Shown: piece after piece, positions 1 through 8,998 of the stretch
Numbering within the stretch: position 1 is the first letter of the stretch
Layout: each line of letters begins with the position of its first letter
Assembly (NCBI GenBank): GCA_018304985.1
Contig: JAGVWP010000041.1
Span: forward strand, 5,642 to 37,641
DNA: 32,000 nt
Origin: Candidatus Pacearchaeota archaeon
GTDB taxonomy: Archaea; Nanobdellota; Nanobdellia; Pacearchaeales; GW2011-AR1
Direction: 5' to 3'
Program-made: the position numbers and the translations under genes
Notes under the pieces: generated by a model
What the model was told of the DNA's origin: nothing
The model's database searches: none
The model's input: the letters and a program-made list of their open reading frames with translations, nothing else

Positions 1-1407
1 CCTACAGATGGAATTGTTATAAAAGGAGCGAGCGCTGTTGATGAGAGTATGATTTCTGGAGAGAGTATGCCTGTTGAAAAAAAAGTAAATGATTCTGTTG
101 TTGGAGCAACAATAAATCAGGATGGTATTTTATATGTTAAGGCCACGAAAATTGGCAAGGACACTTTTTTAGCCCATATTATTGAGCTTGTTGAAGAAGC
201 GCAAGGAACTAAAGTGCCAATTCAGAAAACAGCTGATTTTGTTACAAGTATTTTTGTCCCAGCAATTCTTGTTGTGGCTTTGCTTACATTTATTGGATGG
301 TGGTATTTTTCAGGCGATTTAAGCAGGTCAATAGGTGTGGCAGTCACGGTTTTAGTAATTGCATGCCCGTGTGCATTAGGATTAGCAGTGCCTATTGCCT
401 TAACTGTTGGAAGTGGAATGGGAGCTAAAAAAGGAATTTTAATCAGAAAAGGAGAAGCAATACAAACAATGAAAGAGATAAAAATTATTGTTTTTGACAA
501 AACAGGAACAATAACAAAAGGAAAACCAGAAGTTACAGATATTAAAAGTAATGTTAAAGAAAATTATTTATTGGAAATTGCATCAAGCCTGGAAAACCTA
601 AGTGAGCATCCTATTGCTAAAGCAATTGTTCAAAGGGCTGAAAAAGAAGGAATAAAAAAATACAAGCAAGTTAAAGCATTCAAAATTTTAAGAGGAAGAG
701 GTGTTGAAGGGTATATTGGAAATAAAGAGATAATTATTGGAAACCAGACTTTAATGAAAGAAAGACGAGTTTCATTAAAAAATTGGGAAGAGATAATTGA
801 CAAGTATGAATCTAAAGGAAGAACAACTATGATTGTAAGTGAAGCAGGAAAGGTTCTTGGCATTGTTGCTGTTGCAGATGCTGTAAAAGAAGATTCTGTC
901 AAGGCAATTTCTTTGTTAAATGCACAAGGTTACAAGACAATAATGATAACTGGAGACAATCAGAAAACAGCTGAGGCAATTGCGCAAGAAGTTGGAATTA
1001 AAGAAGTAATTGCAAATGTTCTACCAGAAGATAAGGCTAAAAAAGTTGAACAGTTACAAAGACGCGGAATGGTTGCATTTATAGGAGATGGAATAAATGA
1101 TGCTCCGGCATTAAAGCAGAGCAATGTAGGGATTGCAATGGGAACTGGAACAGATATTGCAATTGAAGCAGGAGATATTGTTTTAACTCATGGAAATTTA
1201 ATTGGAGTTGTAAGAGCAATTAACCTAAGCAAGGTTACATTTAAAAAAATAAAACAGAATTTATTCTGGGCTTTTGCATATAATGTTATTGCTATTCCTG
1301 TTGCAATTGCAGGTTTATTACATCCAATTATTGCAGAGGCTGCAATGGCTGCATCTTCTATAACAGTTGTAAGCAATGCTAATTTATTAAGACGAAAGAG
1401 GATTTAG
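1..1407 (+). CDS. copA: P1B-type heavy-metal (Cu+-type) transporting ATPase, C-terminal ~470 aa; 5' end outside window
   Basis: Frame 1 is open from nt 1 ([25 protein letters not shown], actuator-domain motif). Contains CPC membrane metal site (ACPCALGLA), DKTGT phosphorylation site, SEHPIA (HP motif of Cu-ATPases) and [10 protein letters not shown] hinge. Confidence 0.9.
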   Translation, partial: PTDGIVIKGASAVDESMISGESMPVEKKVNDSVVGATINQDGILYVKATKIGKDTFLAHIIELVEEAQGTKVPIQKTADFVTSIFVPAILVVALLTFIGWWYFSGDLSRSIGVAVTVLVIACPCALGLAVPIALTVGSGMGAKKGILIRKGEAIQTMKEIKIIVFDKTGTITKGKPEVTDIKSNVKENYLLEIASSLENLSEHPIAKAIVQRAEKEGIKKYKQVKAFKILRGRGVEGYIGNKEIIIGNQTLMKERRVSLKNWEEIIDKYESKGRTTMIVSEAGKVLGIVAVADAVKEDSVKAISLLNAQGYKTIMITGDNQKTAEAIAQEVGIKEVIANVLPEDKAKKVEQLQRRGMVAFIGDGINDAPALKQSNVGIAMGTGTDIAIEAGDIVLTHGNLIGVVRAINLSKVTFKKIKQNLFWAFAYNVIAIPVAIAGLLHPIIAEAAMAASSITVVSNANLLRRKRI

Positions 1408-1852
1408 TTATTATCTTGGCCTTATATTTTTTTAAGAAAGTTAATATTTCTTCCTTAAAATCGTCAAAATCCTGAAGCTTCTCAATATTTTCAAACACTC
1501 TTTCATTATCAACTTCCCCGTATTTATGAACAAGAACATTCCTAAAACCCTTCAGGTTTCTTAAGATATCTTTCATTTTTTCTGAAATAATATCTTTTTC
1601 TTTTAATTTTTTAAAAAGCATATCTTCATCATAAGGTATTCCTAACTTTAAATTTGAAACAATGATATTGCATACATCGATAACTACTTCTATTGACACT
1701 TGCAAAAGTCTTTCAGATGCTCTTTTTTTCTCTATTGACCCAATATACTCATTAAAATCATCTATTTTTATCTCATTTAATTCTTCTAAATAGCTATCTA
1801 ATTCATCCAGCTTAGATATTATCTTTTCTTTGTCTAAAGTTCTGTTTTTCAT
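1379..1852 (-). CDS. hepT: HepT-like HEPN toxin (DUF86 family)
   Basis: 157-aa ORF with the R-x4-H HEPN motif in context [13 protein letters not shown]. Overlaps the upstream nucleotidyltransferase ORF by 4 nt (ATGA-type coupling). 3' end overlaps the copA 3' end convergently. Confidence 0.75.
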   Translation of the reverse strand: MKNRTLDKEKIISKLDELDSYLEELNEIKIDDFNEYIGSIEKKRASERLLQVSIEVVIDVCNIIVSNLKLGIPYDEDMLFKKLKEKDIISEKMKDILRNLKGFRNVLVHKYGEVDNERVFENIEKLQDFDDFKEEILTFLKKYKAKIITKSSFVLIN

Positions 1853-2319
1853 TTTTCAATTGATTTAAGATAAGTATAATATATTTTTTTGTAATATTCA
1901 AACTCTTTTATTGTGGAAAAAGCTAATCCATATAATTTATCTTCATCTTTACAAAACAGAATTTTCCCTTCTTTTAAAACCCTTATTCTTATATACATAG
2001 GAAGCTGCTGGAATAGACTTACATCAAATTTTCTTGAAAATAAAGAAGCGTATTTTATTTTTTTCCTTGACATCTCTAAATTAGAATACTTTTTATCTAA
2101 AACAATGCATAAGTCAATGTCTCTGCTGTACTTCTTATTATGTATATATGAACCGAAAACAAACACAGTTATAATTTCATTGTCTTTTTCTATTTCTTTA
2201 ATTATTTCTTTTGGCAATAATTTTTTATTTATATTATACATATTAATAACAGGCAAGTTTAGTTTATATAACTTTTTAAAGAAGTTTATCAAGAAGAAAA
2301 ATAGCTCTAACTTAGCCAT
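1849..2319 (-). CDS. mntA: MNT-type nucleotidyltransferase antitoxin (minimal NTase)
   Basis: NTase signature VFVFGSYIHNKKYSRDIDLCIV (GS...D.D). Forms an operon with the DUF86 ORF. The true start may be the internal ATG at 2241 (MYNINKK...), because the first 26 codons are low-complexity. Confidence 0.7.
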   Translation of the reverse strand: MAKLELFFFLINFFKKLYKLNLPVINMYNINKKLLPKEIIKEIEKDNEIITVFVFGSYIHNKKYSRDIDLCIVLDKKYSNLEMSRKKIKYASLFSRKFDVSLFQQLPMYIRIRVLKEGKILFCKDEDKLYGLAFSTIKEFEYYKKIYYTYLKSIEK

Positions 2320-2468
2320 TAAAAATATGTCCTAAGGATGCTTTCTTTCCTTAGGATTCTTAATTGTAGGATATATGGGGTTCTAAAAATTGTGCAAAAT
2401 ATTAGGATAAGCTTTAAAAGTCATAAGTTTATTATTATTATTTTAGGATTATTAATAATAATCTTAAT

Positions 2469-2539
2469 GGGCTTGTAAGCTAGCGGTAAACTGACTCGTT
2501 TACACCAAGGAAGGGGAGGTTCAACTCCTCCATGGACCA
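2469..2539 (+). other. tRNA-like fragment: canonical T-arm plus 3' acceptor strand, with no matching 5' acceptor, D-arm or anticodon arm
   Basis: GGAGG-TTCAACT-CCTCC (2515-2531) is a textbook T-arm, followed by ATGGACC-A. No complementary GGTCCAT lies upstream. The upstream hairpin GTAAAC-TGACTC-GTTTAC (2486-2503) has a 6-nt loop, so it is not an anticodon arm. Confidence 0.35.
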
Positions 2540-2674
2540 TATTATTAATAATAAAATGAATGAAGAAGAGCTATACAAACTTGAAGTTGAGCTTATTAAA
2601 AAACATCATTCTATATTAGGAAAAGTTAAACCGCGATCAATTAAACTTGCATAAAAAAACAGAACCAAAGTTAA

Positions 2675-2866
2675 TTATTGATTAGGATATAATTCTACTT
2701 TCATTTTGAGTAATTCTTCAACTGTCCTGAAATCCTTTTTTAATGTTAATTTATGTATGAGGTCATTAATCACATGTAATTTCATTTCACTATATATTTC
2801 AAAGAATCCTTTTTGTTGTTTCATTTTGTTAGTATCAACGAAGTCCCATCCCTCATGCAGTGACAT
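2675..2866 (-). CDS. hypothetical small protein (63 aa)
   Basis: ORF only. It is preceded on the same strand by a ~50-codon overlapping ORF (ATG at 2995). No recognisable motif. Confidence 0.3.
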   Translation of the reverse strand: MSLHEGWDFVDTNKMKQQKGFFEIYSEMKLHVINDLIHKLTLKKDFRTVEELLKMKVELYPNQ

Positions 2867-3036
2867 TTAACCTCGCGAAATTTTAACCTCTCATGTAATA
2901 AGGCTCCAGCATCAAGAATAATATTCACGATTTTATCCAACTCAACTTTTGACGGATTTTTCTTTTCTGTTTTGATGGTTAAAATCATTTTCATAATAAA
3001 ATAAAAAGATTCTTCTATAAATATGTATCCCAGAAA

Positions 3037-4236
3037 TTAAGCTATTTCCTTTAAGAATTCCCAAATATATTTACCTTTTCTCTCTCCTTTAAGTCCAATA
3101 GTTATTGTTTTACATTTATACTCTTGAGAGAAAAACTTTAAACTGCTATTATCTGCATTTTGAAAATTATACTTCACTTCAATAGCATATAATTCTTTAT
3201 TCTTTATTATAAAATCAACTTCTTGTTTGTTCGTAGTTCTCCAAAAGTTTATTTTTTTGTTTAACTTCATTAACTCTAAAAAAACAAATGTTTCAAATAC
3301 ATTTCCAAGTATCACCTTAGGAAATTCTTTTAGCCATAAAAGATGCATCATCCCCGTATCTAAAAAGAAAATTTTAGGATTTTTTGAAAGTTCGCTTCTT
3401 AAATTCCTATGGAAAGGTGTTATTCTCTTTATTATAAAAGTATTTTCTAACAAGTCCAGATATTCCAAAACTGTCTCTCTATTAATCTTTAGAGTATTTG
3501 ATATTTCTAGGACATTGATAAGTTGACCGGATTGAGAAGCTAAAATTTCAAGAAGCTTATTAAATGAAGATATGTTTCTTATATTTCCTATATCTCTTAT
3601 ATCTTTTCTTACATAAGTGCTAATTATTTGTGAAAGATAAGTCTGTTTTTTTTCCTCTGAATTTTCTAGAACAATTTTTGGATAACCCCCAAATTTTATA
3701 TATTCTTCTGCTAATTCAATCAATTCTGTATTTATCGCATCTGTATTTTCCTTACTTATCTTATAATTCTTTCCCCTAAATATCAGAAATTCTTCAAAGC
3801 TTAGGGAATAAACTTCAAAATTAATAGTTCTTCCTACAAGGCTTTCCTTAAACTTCTTTTTTATCTCAAATGTTGAAGAACCAGAAACTAACAGTTTTAT
3901 ATTGGGGTAATGGTCATGCATAATTTTTAAGAATTTTGTAGGATCTTCCATATATTGAATTTCGTCTATTAACAAGAAAATTTTTTGATTTTCTTCAGCT
4001 CCTTTTTGTATCAAATATTTAAAAACACTCTCTGCCCCTTGATTGCACAGTTCCAGAAGATTTGGCATTTCCAAATCAAAATAAAATGTATTCTTCTTCA
4101 AATAATGCTCTATCAAATATCTTAGCAAGGATGTTTTGCCAACTTGTCTTGATCCATAGATTACTATTATTTCTTTTGATTCGAGATATTTTACTATCTC
4201 TTCTATAATCTTCCTTTTGTATATCTTTTCTTCCAT
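3037..4236 (-). CDS. AAA+ ATPase of the archaeal ATPase / DUF4143 family
   Basis: Walker A GSRQVGKTSLL and Walker B FLLIDEIQY. The C-terminal region (EVDFII...YAIEVKY) is typical of the DUF4143 nuclease-like fold. Start placed at MEEKIYKRK (4236), with a TTTATAAA box ~44 nt upstream on the minus strand (4280-4287). The ORF track extends to 4359. Confidence 0.75.
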   Translation of the reverse strand: MEEKIYKRKIIEEIVKYLESKEIIVIYGSRQVGKTSLLRYLIEHYLKKNTFYFDLEMPNLLELCNQGAESVFKYLIQKGAEENQKIFLLIDEIQYMEDPTKFLKIMHDHYPNIKLLVSGSSTFEIKKKFKESLVGRTINFEVYSLSFEEFLIFRGKNYKISKENTDAINTELIELAEEYIKFGGYPKIVLENSEEKKQTYLSQIISTYVRKDIRDIGNIRNISSFNKLLEILASQSGQLINVLEISNTLKINRETVLEYLDLLENTFIIKRITPFHRNLRSELSKNPKIFFLDTGMMHLLWLKEFPKVILGNVFETFVFLELMKLNKKINFWRTTNKQEVDFIIKNKELYAIEVKYNFQNADNSSLKFFSQEYKCKTITIGLKGERKGKYIWEFLKEIA

Positions 4237-4463
4237 TTTGATTATATATTTTGTATACCATAATATACATAATATTAGGTTTATAAATCTTTCTATCTGA
4301 TTGAATTTAAAGAAAGTATATCCTTTTAGATATAATCTTTTACACCGAGTATTCTTCATTTTTATTCTTAATAAGCCATTTTTAATGAACCATTGAAAAA
4401 TGGTAATTGAAAAATATCTCTGAAAAATATGATTTTCTCTTCGGAAGAAAAATTATCACAGAA

Positions 4464-4495
4464 ATATTTAAATACTTTATATTTTTAAAATAAAC
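4464..4495 (+). promoter_or_regulatory. candidate archaeal TATA boxes upstream of the nrdR operon
   Basis: ATATTTAAATAC (4464-4475) and TTTTTAAAATAAA (4483-4495) resemble the TTTAAAA/TTTATAA boxes seen before other genes in this window. Confidence 0.4.
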
Positions 4496-4501
4496 TATTG
4501 G

Positions 4502-4548
4502 CTACAATGGAAAGTAGCTATTAAAAGATGAGGTACAATAGGTTGTAT
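4502..4548. promoter_or_regulatory. two candidate NrdR boxes (imperfect 16-bp palindromes, centres 31 bp apart)
   Basis: CTACAATGGAAAGTAG (4502-4517) and GTACAATAGGTTGTAT (4533-4548, core TACAA-TAGG-TTGTA). They sit immediately downstream of the TATA candidates and ~180-225 nt upstream of the nrdR ATG. Confidence 0.45.
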
Positions 4549-4727
4549 GTGTGGGATATTGTATTTAGTTGAATGATATCATTGAAATCAAATAATATTT
4601 AAAAACTTAAAATGAGAGTGTTTAATGCTTATAATAAAGAGGTAGATCATAAGGTAAATTTTATGATAAAAATCTTGGCTATTACAAGGAGATGTCATAA
4701 GAAGAACCTAGGTTCTTTTTATTAAAG

Positions 4728-5162
4728 ATGAGGTGTTTGTATTGTCAGCATCCAGAGACAAAGGTGACTGACAAACGCGAATCAGCTGAAGGCACTAGAA
4801 GAAGGCGTGAATGCTTAAAGTGTGGCAAGAGATTCACAACATATGAGAATGTTAAGGAAATTGAGAGATTTGTTGTTAAAAAAGATGGAAGAAGGGAGCC
4901 GTTTAACAGGGATAAAGTTTTCCTTGGAATAATCAAGGCCTGTGAAAAACGTGATGTAAGCCATGAAAAAATTGAGAGTATTGTAAAGGAATTTGAAGAA
5001 AAAATACAAAATCAAAAAGAGATTCCAACTAAAAAAATAGGTGAATTTGTTATGAATAAATTAAAAAAAATTGATAAAGTTGCATATATCAGGTTTGCAA
5101 GTGTTTACAAAGATTTTGAAGATGTAAGTGATTTTAAGAATATAATGAGGGAGGTGAAATAA
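4728..5162 (+). CDS. nrdR: NrdR transcriptional repressor (zinc ribbon + ATP-cone)
   Basis: N-terminus MRCLYCQHPETKVTDKRESAEGTRRRRECLKCGKRFTTYE matches the NrdR Zn-ribbon signature (C-x2-C ... RRRR.C..C..RFTT.E), followed by an ATP-cone (VVKKDGRREPFNRDK...). Stop lies 1 nt before the RNR ATG. Confidence 0.9.
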   Translation: MRCLYCQHPETKVTDKRESAEGTRRRRECLKCGKRFTTYENVKEIERFVVKKDGRREPFNRDKVFLGIIKACEKRDVSHEKIESIVKEFEEKIQNQKEIPTKKIGEFVMNKLKKIDKVAYIRFASVYKDFEDVSDFKNIMREVK

Positions 5163-5163
5163 A

Positions 5164-7392
5164 ATGGTTTATGCTTATGTTCCAACTGAAAAAGACAGAG
5201 AAGAGTTTTATAATAATATATCAAAGCTGCCTGCTCAAGAGGTTAGAATCAGGAAAAGATTAATGGATCCTGATTTTCCAAGATTTGAATTAAATCCAAA
5301 ATTTGTTGAAAAATATTCTGAAGTAACTCCTCCTTTTGGATTTAATGGTTTGGGCGAATTAACTTATATGAGAACATATTCTAGAATTAAGCCAAACGGC
5401 GAAAACGAGCAATGGCATGAAACTATAGCTCGTGTTGTTGAAGGTACTTATAATCTTCAGAAAAGGAGAATTCTTGATCTTGGAAAAGAATGGAGAGATC
5501 ATCAAGGCCAGAAAAGCGCTCAAGAAATGTATGATCGAATGTTTAATATGAAATTTCTTCCTCCTGGAAGAGGTTTGTGGGCGATGGGGAGTGAAATAAC
5601 TGAAAAAAAAGGTGTTTATGCAGCATTAAATAATTGCGCTTTTGTTTCCACAAAAAATCTATCTGGTGACCTTGAGAAACCATTTACATTTTTAATGGAT
5701 GCTTCAATGGTCGGTGTTGGTGTTGGATTTGATACGAAAGGAGCTGGACAAATTATTATAAGATCTCCAGATAGGGAAAGACAAAAAGAAATTTACAGAA
5801 TTCCCGATACAAGAGAAGGATGGGTTAAAAGCGTTGGAATACTTTTAAGAAGTTATTTTCTTGGAGAACCTGATGTAGAATTTATTTATGATGATATTAG
5901 GCCTGCCGGCAAACCAATTAAAACTTTTGGTGGAAAGGCTTCTGGACCAGAACCCTTAATGGAATTACATGAAACATTGAAAAAAACATTGGAATCCAGA
6001 ATAAGCATGCCGATTTCTGAAAGAGATATTGTGGATATTCAAAATTTAATTGGAAAAGCGGTTGTAGCCGGAAATGTCAGAAGAACTGCAGAAATTGCGT
6101 TTGGTGATCCACAGTCTGAAGAATTTATGGATTTAAAAAATTATAAAGTAAATCCTGAAAGAGTAAGTTGGGGATGGGCAAGCAATAATTCTATATTTGC
6201 TGAATTAGGAATGGATTATACTCAAGTTGCAGAAAGAACAAGAATTAATGGAGAGCCCGGATATGTTTGGCTTCATAATATTAGAAATTTTGGGAGAATG
6301 AAAGATGGATTTAATCCGGATGCAGATCCTAAGGCTGATGGAACTAATCCTTGTGTAGAACAATCTTTAGAAAGTTATGAACTCTGCTGTCTTGTAGAAA
6401 ATTTTCCGACAAGACATTTAACTTTAGATGATTATCTTAGAACGCAAAAATTTTCTTATTTGTATGCTAAAACAGTAACCCTGCCGCAAACTCACTGGCA
6501 TGAAACAAATGATGTCATGGCAAGAAACAGGCGTATTGGTTCATCTAATTCAGGTCTTGTGATATTTAGAGAAGAAAGAGGCATTGACAAAACAATTGAG
6601 TGGCTTGATGCAGGTTTTAAAGAAATTGCTCGTTGGGATAAAATATACAGCGATTGGTTAGCGGTTCCAAAATCAATTAAGACAACTTCTGTAAAACCTT
6701 CTGGAAGTGTAAGCTTGCTTCCTGGAGTAACTCCTGGAGCTCACTGGCCTCAATCAAAAGAGTACATAAGAAGAATAAGAGTAGCAAAAAATAGTCCGCT
6801 TATTGAAAGAGTTTCTAATTCAGGATATCATGTTGAAGAAGATGTTGTAGATAAAAGCAGCATGGTTGTTGAAGTTCCGGTAAGGGTCAAGGAAAATATA
6901 AGAACTCAAGATCAAGTTTCAATGTGGGAAAAACTTGAATTCGCTGCATTATTGCAAGAACATTGGGCAGATAATCAAGTAAGTGTAACAGTTACTTTTG
7001 ATCCTGAAAAAGAAGGGCATCAAATTAAATATGCTCTTGATCACTTTCAATACAATCTTAAAGGAGTTAGTTTCTTGCCGAATGTTAGCAAAGGTTCATA
7101 TCCTCAAATGCCGTATGAAACTATAACTCCAGAAGAATTTGATAGAAGATCGGCTAATTTAAAGCCTCTTGATTTTAGAGGGATTAAAGGAGAGGTTGCT
7201 GATGTTGAAAAATATTGTGATGGAGAAGCATGCGCTGTTTTGCCTAATCCTGGAGGAGATAATGGAAGTAACACTGAAAAAAATGTTACTTTACCAATAG
7301 TAATTTCTCAACCTGATAAGGAACCTATCAAAGTTTATTTGCAGCCTGCTGGAGAGCCTGGTTGCGATACTGAATCTTGTAAAACGGATTAA
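5164..7392 (+). CDS. nrdJ: class II (adenosylcobalamin-type) ribonucleotide reductase, RTPR-like
   Basis: 742 aa. Active-site loop GTNPCVEQSLESYELCCLVENF (NPC.E...C.L pattern). C-terminal redox pair C-x4-C (GCDTESCKTD) four residues from the end, as in monomeric RTPR. No glycyl-radical motif and no nrdB partner. GGAGGTGA RBS upstream. Confidence 0.75.
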   Translation: MVYAYVPTEKDREEFYNNISKLPAQEVRIRKRLMDPDFPRFELNPKFVEKYSEVTPPFGFNGLGELTYMRTYSRIKPNGENEQWHETIARVVEGTYNLQKRRILDLGKEWRDHQGQKSAQEMYDRMFNMKFLPPGRGLWAMGSEITEKKGVYAALNNCAFVSTKNLSGDLEKPFTFLMDASMVGVGVGFDTKGAGQIIIRSPDRERQKEIYRIPDTREGWVKSVGILLRSYFLGEPDVEFIYDDIRPAGKPIKTFGGKASGPEPLMELHETLKKTLESRISMPISERDIVDIQNLIGKAVVAGNVRRTAEIAFGDPQSEEFMDLKNYKVNPERVSWGWASNNSIFAELGMDYTQVAERTRINGEPGYVWLHNIRNFGRMKDGFNPDADPKADGTNPCVEQSLESYELCCLVENFPTRHLTLDDYLRTQKFSYLYAKTVTLPQTHWHETNDVMARNRRIGSSNSGLVIFREERGIDKTIEWLDAGFKEIARWDKIYSDWLAVPKSIKTTSVKPSGSVSLLPGVTPGAHWPQSKEYIRRIRVAKNSPLIERVSNSGYHVEEDVVDKSSMVVEVPVRVKENIRTQDQVSMWEKLEFAALLQEHWADNQVSVTVTFDPEKEGHQIKYALDHFQYNLKGVSFLPNVSKGSYPQMPYETITPEEFDRRSANLKPLDFRGIKGEVADVEKYCDGEACAVLPNPGGDNGSNTEKNVTLPIVISQPDKEPIKVYLQPAGEPGCDTESCKTD

Positions 7393-7400
7393 TTTTAACA

Positions 7401-7829
7401 ATGAAACTTAAAATAAAAAAATTATATGATCAAGCAATTCTTCCTAGTTATGCTCATGAAGGAGATGCTGGAATGGATTTATTCTCTGCCCATGATTATG
7501 TATTAGCTCCTGGAGACAGAACTCTTGTTGAAACAGGCATATCTGTAGAAGTTCCTGAAGGATATGAATTGCAGATAAGGCCAAGGTCAGGACTTGCATT
7601 AAAACACGGGTTAAGTATTGTTAATTCTCCTGGGACAATTGATTCAGGTTATAGAGGGCAAGTTGGAGTAATTTTAATTAATCATGGACAAGAAGTTTAT
7701 GAAGTTAGAACCGGAGATAAAATAGCCCAAGGAGTAATGAGCAAGATTGAAAGAGTTGTTATTGAAGAGGTTGAGGAATTATCTGATACCTCAAGAGGAA
7801 CTGGCGGATTTGGAAGCACCGGGGAATAA
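7401..7829 (+). CDS. dut: dUTP diphosphatase (trimeric dUTPase family)
   Basis: Motifs AGMDL, RPRSGLALKHG, GTIDSGYRGQVGVIL and C-terminal RGTGGFGSTG. Confidence 0.9.
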   Translation: MKLKIKKLYDQAILPSYAHEGDAGMDLFSAHDYVLAPGDRTLVETGISVEVPEGYELQIRPRSGLALKHGLSIVNSPGTIDSGYRGQVGVILINHGQEVYEVRTGDKIAQGVMSKIERVVIEEVEELSDTSRGTGGFGSTGE

Positions 7830-7874
7830 TTAATTTATTTATTAAAACTTATTTTAAAATTAATATGAATAAAA

Positions 7875-8153
7875 ATGGATGATTATAAATCAATAGCTAC
7901 TTTAATGAAAGATAAAAATGCTGTTGCTGGGCTTAAGAGGTATATGAAAGAAGATAGGGTTGTTATGCTTATGCATCAGTCATTGACAGATCAGCTTGGA
8001 AATCCGGCAAAAGGATATTATTGGGCTGTAAAAATTCCAATATATCATCAGGATCTTTTAAAGATTAAAATTTCGGACTGTGAAAAATTGAATGTTCCGG
8101 GATTTGAAGATTTGGAATTATATGCTTTAAATGGAAATGGAAGGAAAAATTAA
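7875..8153 (+). CDS. hypothetical protein (92 aa)
   Basis: ORF only, same strand, just after dut. No recognisable motif. Confidence 0.4.
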   Translation: MDDYKSIATLMKDKNAVAGLKRYMKEDRVVMLMHQSLTDQLGNPAKGYYWAVKIPIYHQDLLKIKISDCEKLNVPGFEDLELYALNGNGRKN

Positions 8154-8257
8154 GTTTTCTGTGAATCTCCTTATGGCAAGACCATAAAGCATCCAAAAAT
8201 TATCTAAACTTAATATTTAATTTTATTATTTATTCGAAAACATACAATATTAAATAA

Positions 8258-8300
8258 TAAAAGACAACCAATGTTTTTCTTTATCAAACTTTCCTTTTAT
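8258..8300 (+). repeat. motif-1 copy B (hairpin element AAAGACAACCAATGTTTTTCTTTATCAAACTTTCCTTTT)
   Basis: Aligns with copies at 12272, 16882, 17667(-), 20411 and 27041. This copy is not attached to an ORF stop. Confidence 0.6.
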
Positions 8301-8436
8301 TAGGAAAAATTTAGCCTTATTTACATTCATTAATATTTAATCTATAACAGAACTAATCTTGATTATTTTATATTTTTGCTTATGGATTTATCCTTAAGGC
8401 AAGATCTTAGAGTATTATGAATCATAAAATAATGTA

Positions 8437-8511
8437 TGGACCCAGGGGGATTCGAACCCCCGACACCTGGCTTAAAAGGCCAGTGCTCTAACCAGGCTGA
8501 GCTATGGGTCC
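8437..8511 (-). tRNA. tRNA-Lys (anticodon UUU)
   Basis: The reverse complement folds as a canonical cloverleaf: acceptor GGACCCA/TGGGTCC, D-arm GCTC-AGCCTGGTTA-GAGC, anticodon arm CTGGC-CTTTTAA-GCCAG, T-arm GGGGG-TTCGAAT-CCCCC, discriminator A. No intron and no encoded CCA. Confidence 0.95.
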
Positions 8512-8534
8512 AATAGCTCAAAAAAGAATATAAT

Positions 8535-8542
8535 GTTTTTAA
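8535..8542 (-). promoter_or_regulatory. TATA box for tRNA-Lys
   Basis: Minus-strand TTTAAAAA ends 24 nt upstream of the tRNA 5' end. Confidence 0.5.
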
Positions 8543-8646
8543 AGTATTCTAAAAAATGAATATTTAAAATCTATTAATTAATAACATTCCTATTTTTCCC
8601 AACTCTTCAATAGCAGTAAGCATATTCCGATTTTCCCTTTAAAAAC

Positions 8647-8660
8647 CGAAAGGTTTAAAA
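8647..8660 (+). promoter_or_regulatory. candidate BRE/TATA for rpoH-rpoB
   Basis: CGAAAGG-TTTAAAA, the same architecture as AAGATTTAAAAAC before rps12 and aEF-2. It implies a ~95-nt leader. Confidence 0.4.
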
Positions 8661-8782
8661 GCCATCTTTTGATAATCTTTAGTATTACGAAGTTGTAAAT
8701 GTGATTGCAATAATACCCAATATTATCCGTCGTCCATTGATCCAATTAAAACAACCTAAATATTTTCATACAAGCCTAAGCT

Positions 8783-8995
8783 ATGCATATTCTCCAGCCA
8801 AAACATTCAAAAATAAGCAAAAAAGAAGAAGATGAGCTGCTCGTCAAGCTAAATATTTCTAAAACACAATTACCGAAGATAAAATCAACAGATCCCGCTC
8901 TTCCTCAAGACATAAATATTGGGGATATAATCAAAATTGAAAGAAAATCACTTGATGGAGAGAAGATTTTCTTTTACTACAGGGTTGTTATTTAA
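8783..8995 (+). CDS. rpoH: DNA-directed RNA polymerase subunit H (Rpb5 C-terminal homologue)
   Basis: HILQPKHSKISKKEEDELL...LPKIKSTDPALP...GDIIKIERKS...YYRVV matches the RpoH pattern. Stop lies 3 nt before rpoB. Confidence 0.9.
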   Translation: MHILQPKHSKISKKEEDELLVKLNISKTQLPKIKSTDPALPQDINIGDIIKIERKSLDGEKIFFYYRVVI

Positions 8996-8998
8996 TAA

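Noticed and set aside
222-1376. Minus-strand ORFs 222-500, 630-902 and 1188-1376 inside copA
   Set aside because: They are antisense to a gene with unmistakable P-type ATPase motifs. The products are low-complexity and hydrophobic with no motifs, typical shadow ORFs of AT-rich DNA.
1913-2335. 140-aa + strand ORF
   Set aside because: Entirely antisense to the MNT nucleotidyltransferase gene, which has a clear GS...D.D signature. The product is low-complexity and Phe/Ile/Leu-rich.
3227-4270. ORFs 3227-3526 (+) and 4076-4270 (-) overlapping the AAA ATPase
   Set aside because: Alternative-frame or antisense ORFs within a gene that has Walker A/B motifs. No independent support.
4237-4359. N-terminal 41-codon extension of the AAA ATPase ORF
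   Set aside because: The extension is hydrophobic junk (MKNTRCKRLYLKGYTFFKF...). A TATA-like box lies inside it, ~44 nt upstream of the MEEKIYKRK start.
2340-4400. Integrated mobile element or provirus next to the tRNA-like fragment
   Set aside because: No integrase, transposase, capsid or replication gene and no second att-like copy within the window, so only the tRNA fragment itself is reported.
4400-4727. Cobalamin riboswitch upstream of the B12-type RNR operon
   Set aside because: The region is very AT-rich and lacks a B12-box-like GC-rich core. The palindromes fit protein operators better.
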